Source: Thermococcus kodakarensis KOD1
Lineage (GTDB): Archaea > Methanobacteriota_B > Thermococci > Thermococcales > Thermococcaceae
Direction: 5' to 3'
Assembly: GCF_000009965.1 (NCBI RefSeq)
Contig: NC_006624.1
Location: 1,260,001-1,292,000, forward strand
DNA length: 32,000 nt
The notes below the pieces were generated by a model, which saw nothing but the letters and a program-made list of their open reading frames with translations, did not search any database and was not told where the DNA came from. This document shows positions 25,915-32,000 of the stretch, in pieces. The position numbers were made by a program, and so were the translations under genes. Position 1 is the stretch's first letter, and every line of letters begins with the position of its first letter.

Positions 25915-28900
25915 GTGGATGAGATTAAATTGCTCACATCAGATTTAGAAAAGCTCGTGGAAATGAGTTCTATCCCTCTTGACTCGCTTAACGAAGTAAA
26001 AAGAGAACTTAAAACTCGGGACATGGTTGAGTACCTGGATGCGATAGTTGAGAGGGCCAAGCCCGAAGAAAGCCTGAGGCAGAACTTCTTCTACAAGGGA
26101 GCCCCGATAATGAAGCTTCTCGGAGTTAGAGGCTCCCCAGAAGTAAGGATAGGTTCAGGCTACGTGGATCTGGTGTTGAGGGATTCCCTCGGTAGGAAAA
26201 TCATCGTCGAATTCAAACGTCTCTTCGAACTTAGAAGGAACAAGCTTCTGAGAACTGACTTAAACTGGAAAGAGCATGAGGAGCAAATAAAGAAATATGT
26301 TTTTTCTGAAGAGTCCAGATTTGTCGTGTTGACGAATCTCTACGAGTGGTACTTCTTCAGCTCCAAAACGATAATAAGAAAATCCGAACCGTTTTACTAC
26401 GCTACTTTTATTGACCTCGTCCATGACATAGAGCAGTATGGGAGCCTCTACGATCTTCTTGAGAGGAAGGAACACGGAATACAAAAAGGGGAGCTTGACA
26501 ACAGATTTTTCAAGAGCCTACGTGAGTGGATAAAGACCCTCGAGGATGTTGAGTTCAAAACAGACGAGAGAATCAAGATGCACCTGATTTTGCATCTCAT
26601 TAACAAATTCATATTCATTCAGACTCTCGACGATTATGGGGTCGTTGAGTTCAACTGGCTCTATAAGAAGTGGATGGGCTTCTCCGACAGAATTCGGCTG
26701 GCGGAGAGACATAAAGAGAAGCCCGAAGTAGCGGGGAGGCATTACAAGTCCTTCATAGAGAAGTTCCTCGGGGAGATAAACGACTTCTTTTACCCATTGT
26801 ATGACACAGAGCTTTTCTCAGACAGACTGATTGAGTTTATAAAAGATGAACCCGAGAACTGGGCACGCTTTTACAAGGCCTTAGAGACCGTCCTTGGATT
26901 CGCCCCGTGGCAGGAGACCGGTCTTAAGATGGGCATAACCCAGTACGACTACAGCCAGATAGACGAGGACATCCTTGGAAGAGCTTATGAGACATACCTG
27001 GCTGAAAAGAGGAAGGAGAAGGGAATCTACTACACCCCCAAGTACGTTACCCAGTTCATAGTCGAGGAAACCCTTGGGAAAAGACTAAACGAGCTTAAGG
27101 AAGGAATAACAACCGCAATACGGGAGAACGACTTTGAGACTGCGGAAAGGCTCAGCAAAGAGCTTTTTGAGATTAAAGTAGCAGATCTCGCCTCGGGTTC
27201 AGGCTCGTTCCTCATCAAAGTTCTCAGGGGGCTCTGGGATACATATTCGGCGGTTATTGACGAGCTGAAGAAAAAGGAAGAAGAACTGATCGGCAAGAAG
27301 ACCTCAGATCTCTCCGCCCTCGTCCAGAGAAAGGACATCATAGAGGGCATAGCAAAAATGAGAGAGCTCTTCCCGAGTGATGAGAGGATTCTAATGTCCC
27401 AGATGGTTCTGAGGCACGTCTTTGCGGTTGATCTCGACGAGAACGCCGTTGAAGTGGCCAAGATGAACCTCTGGAGAGAGCTCATAAAGCTCAACCCCAA
27501 GGCCTTCCGCTGGGATAACCTAGGAGAAAATGAGCACGTCCTTCCAAACCTGAGCCTGAATCTCGTGAGCGGGGACTCGCTACTCGGCTTTGCTGACCCC
27601 AAGATTTTGGAGGGCAGGGAAGAAGTAAGAAAGCTTATGGAGCTGTGGGAGAAGTTCATCGAGAACCCCGAAGACCTGGAGGTTCTTAACGAGATCAAAG
27701 AGATAAAGGAAACCCTCAGAGGAGAACTCGATGAAAGGTATCGGGAGCTGTTGAGGGAGAAGCTTGGAGAGAAGGCCGAAGCCCTGAACAACAGATTTAT
27801 TCACCACCCGTTGGAGTTCTTCATGGCCTTCTTCAATCCGGATGGCTCGCTTAGAGGAGGTTTTGACTTCATAGTCGGCAACCCGCCCTACGTCAGGATA
27901 CAGAACCTCAAGAAGGAGAGCCCTGAGTACGTGGAGTTCTTGAACAGGTTCTACGAGAGCGCACACAAGAACTACGATTTGGCAATTCCATTCATTGAGA
28001 GGGGCTACAACCTGCTTAGGGAAGGCGGAGAGCTTGGCTTCATAGTCACCAAGAAGTGGATGAAAATAGATTACGGTGAAAAACTCAGGGGACTTTTGTC
28101 AAGGGAGAGAGCCGTCAGGTTAATCATTGACTTCGGCGATGAACAGGTCTTCAAGGGAGCAACGACGTACACCATGATACTTGTTCTGAGGAAGGAGAGG
28201 AACGATAAGCTAACCTATGCCAAGGTGGAGGAGCTGAAGGAAACCGTTGACCAGCTCAGGGCCGTGAATGAGCCGGACAAGTGGAACTCGGAAAGGTTGA
28301 GCGTCATCAAAGTTCCCACCAAGGAGCTTTCCGAAAAGCCCTGGGTGTTTTTGACCGAGGAGGAGAAGAAGATCGTGGAAAAGATCTACAATGGAAGCAA
28401 GAGGCTGGGAGAGGTTACCGATATCTTTGTGGGGCTTCAAACAAGTGCTGACCCAGTTTACATTCTCGAATACGTTGGGGAGAGTGGTAACTACTACATA
28501 GTCCACTCAAAGATTACGAACCAAGAACACAGGCTTGAAAAAGATCTACTCCATCCTCTCCTGAAAGGAGAGGAAATAAGACGCTGGATGATCCCAGAAT
28601 ATCGTTATCTCATCCTGTTCCCGTACAAAGTACATCTGGTAAACGGTGAAAGAAAAGCAGAGCTAATACCTATCGAGGAGCTTGCGAGCAAATATCCAAG
28701 GATCTGGGAGTATTTAAACATTTCAGAGGTTAGAAAAAAGCTTGAAGGGAGAGAGCGAGGTAGCCTTAAAGGTTCTCCAAAATGGTACAGCTATGTTTAT
28801 GAGAAGAATCACGAAAAGTTTGAACTTCCAAAATTAATAACGGGCGTTCTTTCAAGTGAACCTCGCTTTGCACTTGACAAAAACGGAGACTATTACTTTG

Positions 28901-29763
28901 TCGGTGGCGGAACCGCAGGAGGCTATGGTGTCCTGATAAAGGACGATTACAAAGATAGGATTTCCCTGCAGTTCATTGGAGCGCTTCTTAACAGTTCACT
29001 CCTTGACTGGCGTGTAAAGCAAATAGGAAGCGAGTTCGAGGGTGGATTCTACTCTTATGGAAGGGCATCAATAAAAGACCTTCCAATCAAACTCCCCTCA
29101 ACCGATGAGGAAAAAACCCTCAAGGAGGAAATAGAGGACACCGTCGAGGAGATAATCGCCCTCCTTAAAAAGCACTACGTAGTAAAATCCCTGTGGAGGG
29201 AGTGGAGCAAAAAGCTGGCTAACAAGGGAACCACACTAGGAAAGCTCATCGAAGGCTGGAAGAAGGGCGTCGGAAAGCTCCCGCCTGAAAAGCTCTTCTT
29301 CACGGATGTGAGACTCATCTCGAATGAAGAAATGGAATACGAAGGCTTTGAGCTTGAGCTGAAGGACGGAACTCTAAGGCTCTTCGGAAGGGAGTGGGAC
29401 ATGCTCACGCCCATTCTCGAGCTTGAGGGGGACGAGGAGATACTCGAACACGTTTATCTTTCGATGCTCGAACTCCTCGAATCGAGGCAGAGGGTCAAAA
29501 ACCTCAAGGACATCCTGAACAAAACAAGAGTCCTCACCATAGGAAATGATCCCGAGGAAACAAGGAGGATCGTTAAAACCGTTAAGCAAAGGGCCGGTGT
29601 GAAGCACCTAACTTCATTTCTGGAGCTCGTTAGAGAGAACGAGGCATACCTCGACGCTCTCGTCTTCAAACTTTATGGACTGAGTACTGAAGAGGCTAGG
29701 ATCGTTCTCAGAAACCTTAACAAAACTCAGGACTACATTGACTCCGTCGTCAGGCACCTCTGA
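25915..29763 (+). CDS. Single-polypeptide type IIG/IIL restriction-modification enzyme: N-terminal PD-(D/E)xK nuclease, gamma-class N6-adenine DNA methyltransferase, TaqI-like target-recognition domain
   Basis: 1282 aa with a GTG start. Nuclease motif: GYVD85LVL...IIVE99FK101. MTase motifs: GIYYTPKYV (372-375), VADLASGSGSFLI (motif I), AVDLDENAVEVAKMNLW, NLVSGDSLLG, and FIVGNPPYVR (NPPY encoded at 27880-27891). TRD-like blocks: FVGLQTSADPVY, PKLITGV. The C-terminal tail LDALVFKLYGLSTEEARIV is typical of Eco57I/MmeI-type fusions. No separate methylase or specificity gene lies nearby. Confidence 0.9.
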   Translation: MDEIKLLTSDLEKLVEMSSIPLDSLNEVKRELKTRDMVEYLDAIVERAKPEESLRQNFFYKGAPIMKLLGVRGSPEVRIGSGYVDLVLRDSLGRKIIVEFKRLFELRRNKLLRTDLNWKEHEEQIKKYVFSEESRFVVLTNLYEWYFFSSKTIIRKSEPFYYATFIDLVHDIEQYGSLYDLLERKEHGIQKGELDNRFFKSLREWIKTLEDVEFKTDERIKMHLILHLINKFIFIQTLDDYGVVEFNWLYKKWMGFSDRIRLAERHKEKPEVAGRHYKSFIEKFLGEINDFFYPLYDTELFSDRLIEFIKDEPENWARFYKALETVLGFAPWQETGLKMGITQYDYSQIDEDILGRAYETYLAEKRKEKGIYYTPKYVTQFIVEETLGKRLNELKEGITTAIRENDFETAERLSKELFEIKVADLASGSGSFLIKVLRGLWDTYSAVIDELKKKEEELIGKKTSDLSALVQRKDIIEGIAKMRELFPSDERILMSQMVLRHVFAVDLDENAVEVAKMNLWRELIKLNPKAFRWDNLGENEHVLPNLSLNLVSGDSLLGFADPKILEGREEVRKLMELWEKFIENPEDLEVLNEIKEIKETLRGELDERYRELLREKLGEKAEALNNRFIHHPLEFFMAFFNPDGSLRGGFDFIVGNPPYVRIQNLKKESPEYVEFLNRFYESAHKNYDLAIPFIERGYNLLREGGELGFIVTKKWMKIDYGEKLRGLLSRERAVRLIIDFGDEQVFKGATTYTMILVLRKERNDKLTYAKVEELKETVDQLRAVNEPDKWNSERLSVIKVPTKELSEKPWVFLTEEEKKIVEKIYNGSKRLGEVTDIFVGLQTSADPVYILEYVGESGNYYIVHSKITNQEHRLEKDLLHPLLKGEEIRRWMIPEYRYLILFPYKVHLVNGERKAELIPIEELASKYPRIWEYLNISEVRKKLEGRERGSLKGSPKWYSYVYEKNHEKFELPKLITGVLSSEPRFALDKNGDYYFVGGGTAGGYGVLIKDDYKDRISLQFIGALLNSSLLDWRVKQIGSEFEGGFYSYGRASIKDLPIKLPSTDEEKTLKEEIEDTVEEIIALLKKHYVVKSLWREWSKKLANKGTTLGKLIEGWKKGVGKLPPEKLFFTDVRLISNEEMEYEGFELELKDGTLRLFGREWDMLTPILELEGDEEILEHVYLSMLELLESRQRVKNLKDILNKTRVLTIGNDPEETRRIVKTVKQRAGVKHLTSFLELVRENEAYLDALVFKLYGLSTEEARIVLRNLNKTQDYIDSVVRHL

Positions 29764-29795
29764 CTTTATCTTTTTACTCTCGATGTCACTTTTCC

Positions 29796-29809
29796 AAAAA
29801 ACTTAAATA
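29796..29809 (+). promoter_or_regulatory. Strong BRE/TATA-like element (AAAAAACTTAAATA) about 150 nt upstream of leuS
   Basis: An A6 run (29796-29801) is followed by CTTAAATA (29802-29809). The predicted TSS is near 29832. No comparable box exists at the canonical ~37 nt from the leuS ATG, where the sequence is CGCGCGC. Confidence 0.35.
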
Positions 29810-29958
29810 CCCAAAACTGCTACTCGCTCCGATGCCGATGAGGGGGGAGTACCTTCTCCACCGTTCAGCGGGCGTTTCGCTCTGATTACCTAAATGGCCC
29901 CCCTATTCTGGACTCTGAATCGCGCGCTCTTTTGAAAAACTTTTGAGGAGGTATAGCC

Positions 29959-32000
29959 ATGGCTGAGCTTAACTTTAAGGCCATCGAGGAGAAGTGGCAG
30001 AAGCGCTGGATGGAAGCGAGGGTTTTTGAGCCGGACAGGAAGGCAAAGCCCAAGGAGAAGAAGTTCTACATAACGGTTGCGTTCCCATACCTCTCGGGCC
30101 ACCTTCACGTCGGCCACGCGAGGACGTACACAATACCCGATGTTATAGCCCGCTTCAAGAGGATGCAGGGCTACAACGTGCTGTTCCCGATGGGCTGGCA
30201 CATCACAGGCGCGCCGATAGTCGGTATCGCCGAGAGGATAAAGAACCGCGACCCCAAGACAATCCACATCTACCGCGACGTTTACAAGGTTCCCGAAGAG
30301 ATACTGTGGAAGTTCGAAGACCCGAAGGAGATAGTCAAGTACTTCATGAAGGCCGCGAAGGAGACATTCATAAGGGCCGGCTTCTCCGTTGACTGGACGA
30401 GGGAGTTCCACACAACCAGCCTCTTCCCGCCCTTCAGCAAGTTCATAGAGTGGCAGTTCTGGACGCTCAAGGACATGGGGCTGGTCGTCAAGGGCGCCCA
30501 CAGGGTCAGGTGGGATCCTGTCGTGGGCACTCCCCTCGGTGACCACGACATAATGGAGGGTGAGGACGTCCAGATACTCGAATACGTCATAATCAAGTTC
30601 ATCCTTGAGGAGAACGGCGAGACCATCTACCTGCCAGCCGCGACCCTGAGGCCCGAGACAGTCTATGGAGTCACTAATATGTGGCTGAACCCAGAGGCAA
30701 CCTACGTGAAGGCAAAGGTGAGGAAGGGCGACAGGGAGGAACTCTGGATCGTCAGCAAGGAAGCAGCTTACAAGCTCTCCTTCCAGGACAGGGAGATAGA
30801 GGTCATCGAGGAGTTCAAGGGCGAGAAGCTCATCGGAAAGTACGTCAAGAATCCGGTGACGGGTGACGAGGTTATAATCTTGCCAGCCGAGTTCGTTGAC
30901 CCTGACAACGCCACGGGCGTCGTCATGAGTGTCCCAGCCCACGCACCCTTCGACCACATAGCCCTCGAAGACCTGAAGAAGGAGACCGAGATACTGCTCA
31001 AGTACGACATCGACCCGCGCGTCGTGGAGGAGATAAGCTACATCTCGCTGATAAGCCTAGAGGGCTACGGCGAGTTCCCGGCTGTTGAAGAGGCCGAGAG
31101 GCTCGGAGTCAAGAGCCAGAAGGACAAGGAGAAGCTGGAGCAGGCGACCAAGAACATCTACAAGGCCGAGTACCACAAGGGAATCTTCAAGATAGAGCCC
31201 TACGCCGGAAAACCCGTGCAAGAGGTCAAGGAGCTTGTTGCCAAGGAAATGATGGAGAAGGGCATCGCCGAGATAATGTACGAGTTCGCCGACAAACCTG
31301 TCATAAGCCGCTTCGGAAACCAGGCCGTCATCAAGATAATCCACGACCAGTGGTTCATAGACTACGGAAACCCAGAGTGGAAGGCCAAGGCGAGGGAAGC
31401 ACTTGCTAATATGACCATCTACCCCGAGAGCAGGAGGGCGCAGTTTGAAGCAGTTATAGACTGGCTGGACAAGAAGGCCTGTGCCAGGAAGGTTGGCCTT
31501 GGAACACCGCTCCCGTGGGACCCGGACTGGGTTATCGAGAGCCTTAGCGACTCGACGATCTACATGGCCTACTACACCATAAGCAGACACATCAACCAGC
31601 TGAGGAAGGAAGGTAAACTCGACGCCGAGAAGCTCGACAGGGAGTTCTTCGACTACATCTTCCGCGAGCCCTTCAGCGAGGAGAAGGAGAGGAAACTGAG
31701 CGAGAAGACGGGGATTCCGGCGGAGACCATCCACGAGATGAAGGAAGAGTTCGAGTACTGGTACCCGCTCGACTGGCGCTGTTCGGCCAAAGACCTAATC
31801 CCGAACCACCTGACGTTCTTCATCTTCAACCACGTGGCCATCTTTGATAAAAAGCACTGGCCCAAGGGAATAGCGGTAAACGGCTTCGGAACGCTGGAAG
31901 GCCAGAAGATGAGCAAGAGCAAGGGCAACGTGCTGAACTTCATTGACGCAATCGAGGAGAACGGCGCCGACGTTGTGAGGCTCTACATAATGGGCCTGGC
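29959..32000 (+). CDS. leuS: Leucyl-tRNA synthetase (archaeal type), N-terminal ~680 aa; the gene continues past the right edge
   Basis: The ATG at 29959 lies 6 nt after GAGGAGGT. MAELNFKAIEEKWQKRWMEARVFEP is the N-terminus. The HIGH motif is HLHVGH (from 30100). KMSKS is encoded in frame at 31906-31920. The frame is open to the end of the window, so it is absent from the ORF track. The long minus-strand ORFs at 29890-30957 and 31057-31734 are its antisense shadows. Confidence 0.95.
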   Translation, partial: MAELNFKAIEEKWQKRWMEARVFEPDRKAKPKEKKFYITVAFPYLSGHLHVGHARTYTIPDVIARFKRMQGYNVLFPMGWHITGAPIVGIAERIKNRDPKTIHIYRDVYKVPEEILWKFEDPKEIVKYFMKAAKETFIRAGFSVDWTREFHTTSLFPPFSKFIEWQFWTLKDMGLVVKGAHRVRWDPVVGTPLGDHDIMEGEDVQILEYVIIKFILEENGETIYLPAATLRPETVYGVTNMWLNPEATYVKAKVRKGDREELWIVSKEAAYKLSFQDREIEVIEEFKGEKLIGKYVKNPVTGDEVIILPAEFVDPDNATGVVMSVPAHAPFDHIALEDLKKETEILLKYDIDPRVVEEISYISLISLEGYGEFPAVEEAERLGVKSQKDKEKLEQATKNIYKAEYHKGIFKIEPYAGKPVQEVKELVAKEMMEKGIAEIMYEFADKPVISRFGNQAVIKIIHDQWFIDYGNPEWKAKAREALANMTIYPESRRAQFEAVIDWLDKKACARKVGLGTPLPWDPDWVIESLSDSTIYMAYYTISRHINQLRKEGKLDAEKLDREFFDYIFREPFSEEKERKLSEKTGIPAETIHEMKEEFEYWYPLDWRCSAKDLIPNHLTFFIFNHVAIFDKKHWPKGIAVNGFGTLEGQKMSKSKGNVLNFIDAIEENGADVVRLYIMGL

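Noticed and set aside
25915-29763. BREX PglX or another multi-gene defence system (BREX, DISARM, type I RM).
   Set aside because: The methylase-TRD part resembles PglX-type proteins. However, an N-terminal PD-ExK nuclease is present, and none of the obligatory partners (PglZ, BrxC/L, HsdS/R, helicases) occurs within 6 kb on either side. The neighbours are a secreted helical protein and leuS.
29831-29890. Canonical archaeal box C/D sRNA.
   Set aside because: The C-like box is CCGAUGA (two deviations from RUGAUGA). No recognisable D' (CUGA) or C' (UGAUGA) exists at the expected internal positions. The termini are not complementary. I keep it only as a possible K-turn within a leader (see findings).
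29890-31734. Two large minus-strand ORFs (29890-30957, 355 aa; 31057-31734, 225 aa) that are the only track entries in this interval.
   Set aside because: The plus strand carries an uninterrupted LeuRS frame from ATG 29959 to the window end, with HIGH and KMSKS in frame. It is missing from the track only because it has no stop in the window. The minus ORFs are antisense artefacts.

Overview
The window reads as a contiguous chromosomal segment of a hyperthermophilic euryarchaeon of the Thermococcales. Support: GGTGA/GGAGG Shine-Dalgarno sites, A-rich BRE plus TATA elements about 35-38 nt upstream of start codons, oligo-T terminators, Lys/Glu/Arg-rich proteins, and the archaeal genes rnp3, rpl15e, a GH57 branching enzyme and an NFACT protein. 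From memory only (not verifiable here), the gene order and the 675-aa GH57 enzyme (Glu183/Asp354, C-terminal HhH pair) fit Thermococcus kodakarensis KOD1 around TK1435-TK1461. I call 27 protein-coding genes, two of them truncated by the window edges. I found no rRNA, tRNA, CRISPR array, transposase or integrase. Content from left to right: a P-II-like fragment; the GH57 branching enzyme; a small membrane protein; NFACT/Rqc2-like; NikR plus a divergent pair of unknown genes; a 359-bp non-coding spacer; stand-alone TrpB2; a seven-gene translationally coupled Met/Thr operon (CGS-like PLP enzyme, Cys-rich-domain/MetF fusion, split MetE, aspartate kinase, homoserine kinase, Asd); rnp3 plus COG1325; a solitary ABC half-transporter; an orphan secreted protein; rpl15e; prolidase; an MgtE/SLC41-like channel with two PhoU/RCK_C paralogues; a secreted helical-repeat glycoprotein; a 1282-aa single-chain type IIG/IIL restriction-modification enzyme; and the 5' two-thirds of leuS. 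I see no convincing new multi-gene defence system. The better leads are: (i) the fused nuclease-methylase, a known enzyme class and probably the already characterised TkoI; (ii) the split, Cys-rich-domain-containing methionine methyl branch, which has no obvious homoserine-activating enzyme other than ThrB; (iii) the trans-regulated MgtE-like module; (iv) two unusually long promoter-distal leaders, upstream of trpB2 and leuS; (v) two orphan secreted proteins. All functional calls rest on motif recognition by eye.
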